A stretch of DNA of 64,000 nucleotides from a virus (IMGVR_UViG_2974511964_000001:64001-128000); one strand, 5' to 3'. Counted from the stretch's first letter, positions 48,569 to 58,223 are shown. Notes: generated by a model not told the origin, from the sequence alone. Numbers and translations: made by a program.

Positions 48569-48939
48569 AGGGATTTATCCTTGTTATATAACGCTTCACG
48601 AGCTTCATCTGCCAGTTTAATTTGATTAGTCAAAACTTTATCTTTGACATCCGGATTGTCAGGTCTAATGCCTGCCTTTAAAGCCATCTCAATAATACCG
48701 CCCATATCTTCTGAGCTAAACTCCCACGGTTCATAGACGTCTTCCATGGTATACTTAGCAAAGTCAGCCATATACTCGTAAAATTCCTGCATACTAACAG
48801 GGACCCATTCTTTTAAATCTTTCTCATGCTGCTGTTCTGCAAGTTCATTATTAACTTTGTCTAGCTGTTTGTTTAACTTCCTCTTTTGCTCTAATAGTTC
48901 ACTATCCGTTTTAGTCATTATTGATTTCTCCTTTACCAA
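48565..48939 (-). CDS. Hypothetical protein
   Basis: ORF in an operon. Confidence 0.7.
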   Translation of the reverse strand: MVKEKSIMTKTDSELLEQKRKLNKQLDKVNNELAEQQHEKDLKEWVPVSMQEFYEYMADFAKYTMEDVYEPWEFSSEDMGGIIEMALKAGIRPDNPDVKDKVLTNQIKLADEAREALYNKDKSL

Positions 48940-49514
48940 AGTCCTAGGTATTCCCGATAGGGATATGGGCTATCCTTGTGTTTTGAAACATCAACAGATT
49001 CTCCAAACTTTTCACAGGCTCTATTAACACTATCTTTTAAGAATTTCTCAAAAGACCCATCCCTCAAAGTAAAGTCACTAGCTGGGAACTCTGAGGGTAT
49101 ATCATAACTATTTAGCTTCTTCAAGTAATTAATAACCTGTCTAAAGTTTTCACATTTATATATGTCATCTTTAAGCTTGTTTAAATATGCTACTTGGGAT
49201 TCGTGAGCCTGAAACGCTATATGCTTTAATTCTGGGATAGTCCATACATTCATAATTAAACCGTATTCATCTCTAATGTATAAGTAGGTGACCGTACTAT
49301 TATGCCTATTCATAAAATCTAAATATTTCTCATTCTTGTCACCTTGATACCAGTCTTTAGCTAGTTCTTCGTTATATCCCTGGTCAAAGTTATATATAAC
49401 CCCTTGCGCAGCATTCGACCAAAGACACTCTTCCCCAAATTTAGAGCGCCCTAGTACCTTTTCACCCCAATAATTTAAACCATTAATAAGTGCTTCTTCA
49501 TCTATTTGCTTCAT
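48933..49514 (-). CDS. Hypothetical protein
   Basis: SD AGGAGGA. Confidence 0.75.
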   Translation of the reverse strand: MKQIDEEALINGLNYWGEKVLGRSKFGEECLWSNAAQGVIYNFDQGYNEELAKDWYQGDKNEKYLDFMNRHNSTVTYLYIRDEYGLIMNVWTIPELKHIAFQAHESQVAYLNKLKDDIYKCENFRQVINYLKKLNSYDIPSEFPASDFTLRDGSFEKFLKDSVNRACEKFGESVDVSKHKDSPYPYREYLGLW

Positions 49515-49525
49515 TTTTAGTCCTC

Positions 49526-49894
49526 CTAGTCAGTAGAGCCATCATTGATAACTTCCATACCCAATGATTTAATAGTGTCATCAATTTTATCCATATGAAT
49601 ATCTCCGATAAATACTCCCCAAGTCTTAGTATTAACAATGTCTAGTTTGCCCTTTTTATTGAAAACAACCCGATATTGGCTTCCGTAATAGCTTAGCAGT
49701 GTTCCTACAGTAACTTTAGACTGATATAGTTCCCAACTAAGCATAAGGTCTGTCTTGTCAATAGTGTAGATGTTCCCAAGGCTATCAATAATATGGTCAT
49801 GGGAACCTATCATGATATAATAATTGTCCCACCAGTAAATTTGTCTAACTTTATTGCCATCTAATAATGCATCCATTGCTTCACTAAATTCCAT
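49526..49894 (-). CDS. Tad2/DUF2829-like domain plus C-terminal beta-domain, paralog 5
   Basis: MEFSEAMDALLDGNKVRQIYW...DLMLSWEL; C-terminus close to 47722..48081. Confidence 0.65.
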   Translation of the reverse strand: MEFSEAMDALLDGNKVRQIYWWDNYYIMIGSHDHIIDSLGNIYTIDKTDLMLSWELYQSKVTVGTLLSYYGSQYRVVFNKKGKLDIVNTKTWGVFIGDIHMDKIDDTIKSLGMEVINDGSTD

Positions 49895-49903
49895 AATAAT
49901 CTC

Positions 49904-50350
49904 CTAATCAACATCCTCTAAAGCTACTTTGTTCCAGTCAATCGCGACGTCATCACGACTTTTTAGTTGTTCAATTTGTTCGGGCGAAAAATCATCTATA
50001 ACAGAAGTTAAATCCTCATCTACTAAACGTCCTAAATATGCCCGTTGACCCCAACTAAAAACATCAACATGAAGGTAACTGTTTTCATCCGTTGAAACTA
50101 CCTTTACTCGCTTTCTAATAACGCCCTTACGCTCTGAAATAGGGGTTTTAGCATAGGCTACAATAGCATCAAACAAGTCGTCACTTACACCAGACATATA
50201 GTGTAAGTCAACCATATTCTGATATTCTTCACTAATTGCTGCAACTGTATCACCGCCGATTTCACCAGATACCCTAGTTTCACATTCTCCTACTTTTACA
50301 ATATAACCCGGCGTCTTGGTTACTATTTTAATAAATTCTTCTGTCTTCAT
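49904..50350 (-). CDS. Hypothetical protein (lactic-acid-bacteria phage family)
   Basis: MKTEEFIK...YAKTPISER...EQIEQLK. Confidence 0.7.
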   Translation of the reverse strand: MKTEEFIKIVTKTPGYIVKVGECETRVSGEIGGDTVAAISEEYQNMVDLHYMSGVSDDLFDAIVAYAKTPISERKGVIRKRVKVVSTDENSYLHVDVFSWGQRAYLGRLVDEDLTSVIDDFSPEQIEQLKSRDDVAIDWNKVALEDVD

Positions 50351-50419
50351 ACTAATCCTCCTTACCTTTCCTAAGTAACTTGGTTGCATCTACAAAATCC
50401 ACATTGATTGTCTCTGGGA

Positions 50420-50707
50420 TTATCCTAAGTCTGACGAAATTAGTAATAGTCCATACTGTTCAAACTGTTTAATAAGTTCTTCAAGTGTGTTCTCATTATA
50501 GTCAGCAGCATTAATCAGCGTATTCCAAGCATAGGGAGATGACACTTCTTTACACGAAGCGTCATCATCATAGTCTTTACCTACTACATCCTCATAATAA
50601 TCAGCCCATGCTTCTCCCTGACTATTAGCTGCTATTAAGGCATAGTAGTCGTTTTCTGGTTCATTAAACTCATAATACTTATGTTTAATTTCTGTTGTCA
50701 TTTTCAT
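50420..50707 (-). CDS. Acidic hypothetical protein
   Basis: YYEF...YYALIAA. Confidence 0.7.
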   Translation of the reverse strand: MKMTTEIKHKYYEFNEPENDYYALIAANSQGEAWADYYEDVVGKDYDDDASCKEVSSPYAWNTLINAADYNENTLEELIKQFEQYGLLLISSDLG

Positions 50708-50760
50708 ATCCGTCTATCCTTATTAAATAATAATAGTATATTAAAAATTGTTTGTCAAGT

Positions 50761-51045
50761 CTAAAATAACTTTCTACCACACTTAGGGCAATAGTTAGCT
50801 GGAGTACTAGCGAACCCCTTGCTAGTAGACATTACTAGGTCAAAGTATTTAATTCCACAACTTGTATCTGAGTCTATCCCAAGGTCCCAGCCTGCTTCAT
50901 CAACCATGTTCTTATAAGGCATATGACAATACTCACATGTTTCTTGTTCTAGAACATTCAATTGTTTTATCAAAAGAGACTTATATGGGTTATCATCATT
51001 AGTGGCTTCAATCTTAGCTTTTAAATCAGTAATACTACTTGTCAT
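50761..51045 (-). CDS. Zinc-finger protein
   Basis: CEYCH...NYCPKCGRKL; related to 25306..25494. Confidence 0.7.
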   Translation of the reverse strand: MTSSITDLKAKIEATNDDNPYKSLLIKQLNVLEQETCEYCHMPYKNMVDEAGWDLGIDSDTSCGIKYFDLVMSTSKGFASTPANYCPKCGRKLF

Positions 51046-51099
51046 TTTCTTACACCCCTAGTTTGTATATTATTCAGTAAGATAGTTTCATTTTCGTCC

Positions 51100-51378
51100 C
51101 TAGTACCATTTAGCTTCCCCAAAGATAAGTTCTTTTGGTGCTATTAAATCTAGTTCAACATTTTGAGTCTTAGCATATTCCTCGTAGTATTTATAGTTAG
51201 CCGTAATATGCTTAATTTCATCAGTAGTAAAGCCACTACAGAACAATAGCGCTGAGTGTTTGCCTTGATAGGCACTAGTTTGCATCACCTTAAACATCTT
51301 ATTCCATAATTCAGGCTTAACCTGCCGTTCTCGGTAAGTCTTAGCAATTATTCTTAGTTGTTCTCCGCTTGTCAACAT
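51100..51378 (-). CDS. Hypothetical protein
   Basis: SD GGAGGA. Confidence 0.7.
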   Translation of the reverse strand: MLTSGEQLRIIAKTYRERQVKPELWNKMFKVMQTSAYQGKHSALLFCSGFTTDEIKHITANYKYYEEYAKTQNVELDLIAPKELIFGEAKWY

Positions 51379-51683
51379 GAACTATCCTCCAAATCGCTGT
51401 TCTTAACAAACACGCCGTCAACCATCTTGCCAGTTCGATTCTTAATTGTGTTGTATGCTTCTTTGACACATTCATCTAAATGCAAACCATTTTGCAATGC
51501 ATAGATTGTCAATACCACGAAAATGTCGCCAATGCTATCAATCTGTTTGTCTCGATAACCTTTATTGTGAGCTTCGGCAAGCTCACCCATCTCTTCTACT
51601 AGTTTAATTAACTGTTTATCAGGGTTCGTTTTATCTAGACCACGATGAGTGGCCCATGATTCGATTGATTTATAATAATCCAT
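51372..51683 (-). CDS. MazG-like NTP pyrophosphohydrolase
   Basis: KLVEEMGELA...DSIGD...AYNTIKNRTGKMVDGVFVK. Confidence 0.9.
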   Translation of the reverse strand: MDYYKSIESWATHRGLDKTNPDKQLIKLVEEMGELAEAHNKGYRDKQIDSIGDIFVVLTIYALQNGLHLDECVKEAYNTIKNRTGKMVDGVFVKNSDLEDSSC

Positions 51684-51997
51684 TACTTATTTACCTCTTT
51701 ACTTGTAGTTTTTAATAATTCTAGCTTTTTAATAATATCTTCATAACCTATATAGTTTAAAGAGTTACCCTGTTCATAGTCTAAAAATCTTGATAAGCTT
51801 AATCCTGTATACCTAGCTGCTTGCTTCTGGCTAATAGATAACTCTGTTTCTAGCTGAATTATATGCTGTGAATAAACAAATTGTTTACTGTTAGCATACA
51901 TACCACTATCATTTAGAAACTTAGCAAGTCTCTTGGCTGCCTTTCTATCACGCTTGCGCTCACTATTCATTGGTATCACTATCCACATTATAGCCAT
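51683..51997 (-). CDS. XRE-like HTH protein
   Basis: LSISQKQAARYTGLSLSRFLDYEQG. Confidence 0.65.
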   Translation of the reverse strand: MAIMWIVIPMNSERKRDRKAAKRLAKFLNDSGMYANSKQFVYSQHIIQLETELSISQKQAARYTGLSLSRFLDYEQGNSLNYIGYEDIIKKLELLKTTSKEVNK

Positions 51998-52322
51998 GCT
52001 TCTTAACTAGTTCAATATCATTAGCATCATACAATTCATAGCCTTTAGCTAGTAAGCGTGAAACGTAGATATAGTTATAGAATACTGCCACAGCGATTTG
52101 AATAATCAATACTGTAATTGGACTAACAGCATAACCGGCTACACTTAATACACAGAATACGCCAAATGCCCCTAACCAATCTCCCCGGAATAGTGGTGCA
52201 AATACTCCAAAAAAGAATGTCGTCCATGAAATACCTAGTGGGGATGATTTAATCTTACCGTTCTTCTTGTCAATAAATTTAACCTTGTGTCCTGCGTCTT
52301 GAAATAATGTTGTAAAGTTCAT
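51963..52322 (-). CDS. Membrane protein (DUF2628-like)
   Basis: GISWTTFFFG.F.PLFRGDW...YN..Y...LL.KGY. Confidence 0.7.
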   Translation of the reverse strand: MNFTTLFQDAGHKVKFIDKKNGKIKSSPLGISWTTFFFGVFAPLFRGDWLGAFGVFCVLSVAGYAVSPITVLIIQIAVAVFYNYIYVSRLLAKGYELYDANDIELVKKHGYNVDSDTNE

Positions 52323-52380
52323 AATGTTTTGCCTCTTTCTTTATTTAATGGCCTAATTTTATACCTATTGTTACTGCTTG

Positions 52381-52656
52381 TCAACCAATATATGGCTTTC
52401 CTGTAAAAAGTTGTCCTAGTACATACAGAGTAAACAGTGCAAATGCAAGCACAACCAATAGTAGTATAATATCATTTAGCTTGCTTATCCACCTCTGACT
52501 AGCTAGCCAACTCCTAATCTTAACAATACCTGAATGTGGCACAATGTACCTAAATGCCATCCCCAGTAACTTTAACATCCATGCGAAAGCCCAGAATAAA
52601 AATGCTGCCCCGGCTATAGCTAGGATTCCAACAAATATATCTATAATAATTATCAT
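52381..52656 (-). CDS. Membrane protein
   Basis: Two TM helices. Confidence 0.65.
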   Translation of the reverse strand: MIIIIDIFVGILAIAGAAFLFWAFAWMLKLLGMAFRYIVPHSGIVKIRSWLASQRWISKLNDIILLLVVLAFALFTLYVLGQLFTGKPYIG

Positions 52657-52694
52657 GGTTACAATATAACCCCCTTGTTAATCATTTTGTAGAT

Positions 52695-52859
52695 TCATTT
52701 TTCATTAGACTTTTTATACTTTTTAAAATCTTCTTGGCTTAACCCTAGTCTAACTCTTTCTGCTAAAAGGTCTAACTCCTTCTTAAACTCTTTGCTGTCT
52801 TGATAAGCTAATACTTTCTTAGCTACGGGGTCGTTTTTATTAACCATATCTCTAAACAT
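52695..52859 (-). CDS. 54-aa protein, paralog of 48392..48568 (not in ORF track)
   Basis: MFRDMVNKNDPVAKKVLAYQDSKEFKKELDLLAERVRLGLSQE. Confidence 0.7.
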   Translation of the reverse strand: MFRDMVNKNDPVAKKVLAYQDSKEFKKELDLLAERVRLGLSQEDFKKYKKSNEK

Positions 52860-52873
52860 CTAACCATCCTCTA

Positions 52874-53203
52874 TTATTTAACAGAAATCCATAGTCCATG
52901 ATTACTAAGCTCAACTAAATAGCCTAATGCATGAAATATGCTAACAATCCATTTTATATTAGTTTTAGAGTTCAATTTATCAATATCTACTAATGTCACA
53001 GGGTTACCACGAAAAACAGCATTATCAATAACCTTTTTCATGATGTAGCTAAAGTCAGACTTAGTTTCGTCACAAGGACTTTTATCAATTAGGCGCTTAG
53101 CATCTTTAGCCAGATACTCACGAGCCTCAGCATTAGACATGATTGAACTAATTCCCTTATAAAGTACACTATTGTCAAACTCGACTTCTTTGTATTCTCG
53201 CAT
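52874..53203 (-). CDS. Hypothetical protein
   Basis: ORF in an operon. Confidence 0.7.
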   Translation of the reverse strand: MREYKEVEFDNSVLYKGISSIMSNAEAREYLAKDAKRLIDKSPCDETKSDFSYIMKKVIDNAVFRGNPVTLVDIDKLNSKTNIKWIVSIFHALGYLVELSNHGLWISVK

Positions 53204-53208
53204 ATGTC

Positions 53209-53667
53209 TTAGCCCTCCTCAATTTGATAACCATCTAGCCACGCACGGACAAACGTTTCAGAATTGTCTTCCATATACTCAGCTAGATTGTCGTCTCTAA
53301 TGAAATGATGCGTAGCGTCCCAAATGTCATCACCTTGTGACTTCATGTCAGCAATATATTCAGCAACATAATGTGGAATTACTGGTAACTCGGCATACTG
53401 TTGTTTGAACTCTTTATCGGCCATAACTTTAATCTCGTCTGTTTCATTAACAACCCAATCACCAATTTCAAATGAAACTTCATTATCGTCTGGAAAGGCA
53501 TCAGGTTCTGGTTCAAAATCGTCAATCAATATTGAATAATAAGCTGGCTCACCTGTTAGTGCATCAACTAAGGAATCTGGCATAACTTCATAGCCAAATA
53601 GACTTGTCTGACTCCCATCAAATTTTAGGGCTTCTATTGGTTTGTCATTTCTACGATAAGCTCTCAT
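53209..53667 (-). CDS. DUF1642-domain protein
   Basis: IEALKFDG...GDWVV...F...Y plus PVIPHYVAEYI...FVRAWLDGYQIE. Confidence 0.8.
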   Translation of the reverse strand: MRAYRRNDKPIEALKFDGSQTSLFGYEVMPDSLVDALTGEPAYYSILIDDFEPEPDAFPDDNEVSFEIGDWVVNETDEIKVMADKEFKQQYAELPVIPHYVAEYIADMKSQGDDIWDATHHFIRDDNLAEYMEDNSETFVRAWLDGYQIEEG

Positions 53668-53669
53668 TT

Positions 53670-54104
53670 TTATTTGCCACCCTTCATAAGACTAGAATTT
53701 TTATAAATATTACCAATAACTTCAAATTGAAAGCTCCAAGAGTCATACAGGCATGGTTCAAGTACATGTGCCCTTACTGGTTTTAAAAACACACCTGGTC
53801 GCCCAAGTGAATCTTATGAAACTACTTCATTAACCATTGGCTCCATTGTTAATTCACTTGCATCAGACCACACATTGACGATATCGCCAATATAAATTCC
53901 CTTACCATTAACATCTCTCAGTCCGGTAAACTGTAACAGTTCAACATCATCGTTCTTAATGTCCCAAGTTTCGTTTTTCCTATTTACAATAACGTTAACA
54001 GAGCTTGGTGTCCCTTGGGTATCGCCATTCTGGATTGCTGATACATAGTCAGCCATTATCTTCCTGTACCCGTTCCAAGCTTTGAACCTAATTACTCTCG
54101 TCAT
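53670..54104 (-). pseudogene. YopX-family gene with an in-frame premature TAA at 53814-53816
   Basis: IRFKAW...QFTGLRDVNGKGIYIGDIV; the frame continues past the stop to EVIGNIYKN. Confidence 0.8.
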
Positions 54105-54166
54105 ATTAAACGCCTCTTTCCTTTCTATAATAAAATTATATCACCACTGGTATGTTCTTGTCAAGT

Positions 54167-55021
54167 TTATTTTATGTTGTTTGTTTTTCTCTTCATCAAC
54201 TTTTCAACTTTGGAGGCCACAATGTCGCCTAGTTTGTCTCTGGTGGTCTCTACTGCCTTGTTATCGGCGTTTGTGAACCAGTAACCCTTGGTTTGGCTTA
54301 GTCTGTCTTTAATAACGCTGTTAATATTCCCTAAGTTAACCTCAAGTTCCCGACTCGCTTCACTCTGCGATTCAAACCGTGAAGCCTCTTGTGTCTTCAA
54401 ATTGATTGCAAACACGCCACCTTTGAAATTAATATCAGCCTTGATTTTTCGTAATTTATCTTTGTCGGCTTCAACGCCGTTGCCATTGTCTTCTGTGAAC
54501 CAATAGCCACCAGCCGTTTTATATTGGCCTTTAATAACTTTAGTAATATCTGGTTGGCTAACCTCAAGTTCCCGACTCGCTTCACTTTGCGACTTGAACC
54601 TAAACACTTCTAATGTGTTTAAGTTGATTGCATACAAGGAATGGCCTCTCGATTCTGTGCTTGACACTCCGTATTTTTCTGTGTATTGGCGATTGTACGA
54701 AGCGTCACACCATTCAAGATTATCAACATTATTGTTAGTTCTATTGCAATCCTTATGGTTCACCTGTGGCAAATTATCAGGGTTCGGAATGAACGTTTGG
54801 GCAACGAGACGGTGGACTTTTATAGTGACCGTTTTACCGTTTGCGTTGAACGATACTTGCATATAGCCATCTTTATTACGCCATTGTTTTAGAATATGAC
54901 CTTGTATGATACGTGTTCCTCTTTTAGTTGTAACCACTCTATCTAGCGTACGAACATCACCGAACGGACTAACCTCGATAAACGAAAACTCCGGATAAGT
55001 TTTCCAAACTTCAATTTTCAT
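54167..55021 (-). CDS. NUMOD4-HNH homing endonuclease with two NUMOD1-like repeats
   Basis: EVWK...VSPFGDVR, VHRLVAQTF, VNHKD.NRTNN.VDNLEW; F.SQSEASRELEV x2. Confidence 0.92.
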   Translation of the reverse strand: MKIEVWKTYPEFSFIEVSPFGDVRTLDRVVTTKRGTRIIQGHILKQWRNKDGYMQVSFNANGKTVTIKVHRLVAQTFIPNPDNLPQVNHKDCNRTNNNVDNLEWCDASYNRQYTEKYGVSSTESRGHSLYAINLNTLEVFRFKSQSEASRELEVSQPDITKVIKGQYKTAGGYWFTEDNGNGVEADKDKLRKIKADINFKGGVFAINLKTQEASRFESQSEASRELEVNLGNINSVIKDRLSQTKGYWFTNADNKAVETTRDKLGDIVASKVEKLMKRKTNNIK

Positions 55022-55043
55022 ACAACTATCCTTCTTTCCTCTT

Positions 55044-55083
55044 CTATAATAAAAGCATACCCTTTTCTAGTATGCTTTGTCAA
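55044..55083 (-). promoter_or_regulatory. Hairpin promoter cassette
   Basis: TTGACA-18-TATGCT; AAAGCATAC/GTATGCTTT arms. Confidence 0.8.
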
Positions 55084-55087
55084 TACT

Positions 55088-55357
55088 TTATTTATAAACT
55101 GTTAATACTTGGTAGGCGCCTTTTGAGATAACTAAGGGTGAGCTTAAATGAAGATAATTTGTACCATCCTTTAGTTCATCCTTAGTAAACTCTCTAGATA
55201 CCCAAATAAGGTGCTGTTCGTTTTCTAGCGTGCTGAACACAACCAGCTTAATGCCAGTTAATAAATTGTTATTGTTAAAGTCAACCTTAAAAGGGATAGC
55301 AATTACCCCAGTGTTTCCATCACTACGCCTTGAAGCTAACTCCGTTTTATCATTCAT
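55088..55357 (-). CDS. Hypothetical protein
   Basis: SD GAGG. Confidence 0.65.
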   Translation of the reverse strand: MNDKTELASRRSDGNTGVIAIPFKVDFNNNNLLTGIKLVVFSTLENEQHLIWVSREFTKDELKDGTNYLHLSSPLVISKGAYQVLTVYK

Positions 55358-55370
55358 TATGCTAACCTCG

Positions 55371-56330
55371 CTAAATCATATTCTTAACTTTTAGTGCTAC
55401 ATACTTACGAGCTTGTGCCCGTGATACCCGAATTAATTGTTTAATCTCTGCTGGTAACTCCGGCGATTCTTCAATAGCATCCAGCAGCACCTCAGTCGCC
55501 ACCTTATTAGTATTACCATTACGCATCCAGTCAAATGACAACTCACTAGGAAGTTCGCCCTCATCCTGACCTTCTAATACCTTCTTAGATACTCGGGCTA
55601 AGGTTACATTATTATTAATCCACTCAGTTAAGCTAATAGACTCTGAGTGTTCCTTAACGTGCTTGGACTCTTTAAAGGTAGCATTGACTAGCTTAATCCG
55701 CAAGGGGCCTGTAGTAGTCTGTGAAGTAGGTACTGTCTTGCTTAAATCAGTAACTACAATACCTTCCATATTACCACTGGCTGAGTAATTAGACTTATCA
55801 GAATATTTAGCTTGAATCTTAGGTAAGTCATTGAACCCAATTCCAGTAACGTTATCCTCTAATAAAGGTGCCATTTCAATTCCATCTACACCATATAATA
55901 CATCCTTATATAGCTTTTCAGCCTCATGATATCCTAGATACTTATGAGACGCTTTATCGTACACGTCAAACAGATACCACTTGTGATAGTATTCATCCTT
56001 ATACTGTACTCGGTGCTTAGTTAACCATTCGCCAAACACAATGTAGTTATCTCCAATGTGCTTTAAATAATCTGCGTTATCATTAACGAATCCATAGAAT
56101 CCATTTAGTTTTTTATCAGCGTCTAATTCCCCTTTATGAGAGTAAGACTTAACCTCGCCATCAAGTACCTCTACAGATGCATTAGAACCATCCAGCTTTT
56201 CAGTAATAACTAAAGTGTCTTCCGGTTCAATAGTAATAACTTCTTTGTTCTCATTAGATAACTTATTTTCAAACAATTGTTCATTTTCATAAGCATTAAT
56301 CTTTTGGAATTTACGCATATTGGCATTCAC
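55371..56330 (-). CDS. RNA ligase, Rnl2 family
   Basis: ITEKLDGSN, FGEW, LFDV, MEGIVV, RIKLVN..FKE. Confidence 0.88.
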   Translation of the reverse strand: MNANMRKFQKINAYENEQLFENKLSNENKEVITIEPEDTLVITEKLDGSNASVEVLDGEVKSYSHKGELDADKKLNGFYGFVNDNADYLKHIGDNYIVFGEWLTKHRVQYKDEYYHKWYLFDVYDKASHKYLGYHEAEKLYKDVLYGVDGIEMAPLLEDNVTGIGFNDLPKIQAKYSDKSNYSASGNMEGIVVTDLSKTVPTSQTTTGPLRIKLVNATFKESKHVKEHSESISLTEWINNNVTLARVSKKVLEGQDEGELPSELSFDWMRNGNTNKVATEVLLDAIEESPELPAEIKQLIRVSRAQARKYVALKVKNMI

Positions 56331-56633
56331 CTACTTTTCTAGTAGTCCATTAACATACTTGATATTTACCTTTAATTGGTCAATATAATCTTGTACACTA
56401 ATAACTTTATCTTTGTTCTTAGCAATTACTTCTTCCTTAGCATAGTTACTTAAAGCATTACCTAGACTCGGATAGTATCCAACTGTAGCTGGACTTGGCT
56501 TAACCTCTTTAGTCTTAGAGTCAACCGTAGTGAACACTTTACCTTTATTGTCCAATCTGCGTTGTAACATCCAGTTACTATGATTAGACACAACAACTTG
56601 GTAATTTCCATCAATATCAATAGTGGTAGCCAT
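56331..56633 (-). CDS. Hypothetical protein
   Basis: VGYYPSL..AL motif; SD GGGAGG. Confidence 0.7.
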   Translation of the reverse strand: MATTIDIDGNYQVVVSNHSNWMLQRRLDNKGKVFTTVDSKTKEVKPSPATVGYYPSLGNALSNYAKEEVIAKNKDKVISVQDYIDQLKVNIKYVNGLLEK

Positions 56634-56934
56634 TATTAAGCGCCTCCCTTTCAATTTGTTTATAGTTAACAGTGTCGACAGTATAACTTCCGTTAATAAC
56701 AACTAGCATCCCACCAAACATACTCATTAACTTATTGGCAACTTCAATTTCGCTGTCAGTCAGTGACTTTAACCTAATTGCATCCAGCGGGTTATTAGAT
56801 AGATATTCAGAACACAGCGTAGACGTATAAATTGCTTGCACCTCTGATAGATAGCCTCCCGGGAACTTAATAGCGTATCTCATAATAGCACTCTTGTCAT
56901 AGTGAGAATCATTAAACTCATTCATTGTCATCAC
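56617..56934 (-). CDS. Hypothetical protein
   Basis: ORF in an operon. Confidence 0.65.
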   Translation of the reverse strand: MMTMNEFNDSHYDKSAIMRYAIKFPGGYLSEVQAIYTSTLCSEYLSNNPLDAIRLKSLTDSEIEVANKLMSMFGGMLVVINGSYTVDTVNYKQIEREALNNGYHY

Positions 56935-57157
56935 TCTTTTCCAATAGTTTAATCCATCGTTCTAAATACCATTTAGCCTTATTCAAATCTTCTATCTTGT
57001 TTTTCTTATAAGGTGCTCGCAAAATGTATTTAACAACGTTAAAGAATAGGCCGCCTTCAAATGGCTTAATAGGGGCTCCTTCTAGCTGGTCTTCAATAAT
57101 ATTAATTACTTCTAGCTTCCCATGATTATAATGCTCTGGGTGGTTTACCATGCTCAT
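56918..57157 (-). CDS. DUF3310 (T7 gp1.7-like nucleotide kinase family) protein
   Basis: VNHPEHY...EVI...NVVKYILRA..K...EDL.KA.WYL. Confidence 0.88.
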   Translation of the reverse strand: MSMVNHPEHYNHGKLEVINIIEDQLEGAPIKPFEGGLFFNVVKYILRAPYKKNKIEDLNKAKWYLERWIKLLEKSDDNE

Positions 57158-57160
57158 GAC

Positions 57161-57409
57161 TTATTCTCCTTCTCCAGATTCAATAATACTTGTCATTGCT
57201 TCAATTTTGTTTTTTAGTGAATTGATACTTAGTGCTTGCTCTCGCTTAGAATCACTACTTCGTGGTCGATGGCGTTGTACGTCTACTAATTGCCACTCAG
57301 TCAATTTTAGTAGTACCTTAGCTTGACCAATATTGTCAAAAACTACTTGACCATTTTTAATCAAACTGTTTTCATATTTAGCCATATAGTCCATATAGTT
57401 AATTACCAT
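57161..57409 (-). CDS. Hypothetical protein
   Basis: ORF in an operon. Confidence 0.65.
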   Translation of the reverse strand: MVINYMDYMAKYENSLIKNGQVVFDNIGQAKVLLKLTEWQLVDVQRHRPRSSDSKREQALSINSLKNKIEAMTSIIESGEGE

Positions 57410-57630
57410 TTGTTTGTGTCCCTCTTTCGGTTTCGAGTTACAACTAATGTAATACTGTTTGGAATTGTTACTAGCTCAGTTATTACTATTAGTTCCCAGA
57501 CAAAATTAGTTTTCATAAATAGGAGAAATAGAACTAACATAATAATTAAATTAATACCAATAACCTCTCCTAATAATGATAAAGGCCCCTGATACCTTTT
57601 GCGCTTATACTTCTTAATATATTTATCCAT
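57403..57630 (-). CDS. Membrane protein
   Basis: Two TM helices. Confidence 0.65.
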   Translation of the reverse strand: MDKYIKKYKRKRYQGPLSLLGEVIGINLIIMLVLFLLFMKTNFVWELIVITELVTIPNSITLVVTRNRKRDTNKW

Positions 57631-57632
57631 AA

Positions 57633-57980
57633 TTAGTACCCGTATACATTACTGATAAACAGCTTATTTGACAGATTTACTCGGCTTTCATTAATATTCT
57701 TTAAGTAGTAGTCCTTGATAGTAGATAATAATGGTTCTAAATTTTCAAGCTTGTCAAAACGAGTTACAGCCGAACCCAGCATACGGTGGTTGTAAACACT
57801 AACCTGTACCTTACCTTTTGACTGATGAACTTTTAGTCCTTCATAATTAGGGTCAACGCTTAGTAAGTCTGACAAGTTAGCACATTGTTTAATGCTATCA
57901 AGGGACAATCCAGTCGTTTCCATGTATCGTTTACTTTCCTTACCGTTAACAGATTTTGATAATTTACTTAATTTAATCAT
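57633..57980 (-). CDS. Hypothetical protein
   Basis: SD AAGGAG before the ATG at 57980. Confidence 0.7.
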   Translation of the reverse strand: MIKLSKLSKSVNGKESKRYMETTGLSLDSIKQCANLSDLLSVDPNYEGLKVHQSKGKVQVSVYNHRMLGSAVTRFDKLENLEPLLSTIKDYYLKNINESRVNLSNKLFISNVYGY

Positions 57981-58049
57981 ATTGATATCTCCTTTTATAT
58001 TTGATGAGTTCATGTTATCACGTTTTATTATGGCTGTCAACACTTATTT

Positions 58050-58202
58050 CTAGAGTTTGCTGGTACAAATTATTAATAAAAATGTCAATCCCACCACTAG
58101 AGCATTTACTAATACCATAAGCATCAACGTTCCCCATCCTAGGTTAGTGAATAACATCAGTAACACCATCAAAATAATAGCTAAAATTACAATAGTTTCC
58201 AT
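58050..58202 (-). CDS. 50-aa membrane peptide (not in ORF track)
   Basis: Downstream of a hairpin promoter; METIVILAIILMVLLMLF. Confidence 0.6.
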   Translation of the reverse strand: METIVILAIILMVLLMLFTNLGWGTLMLMVLVNALVVGLTFLLIICTSKL

Positions 58203-58223
58203 AGCATGTGCCTCTTTCCTTTT

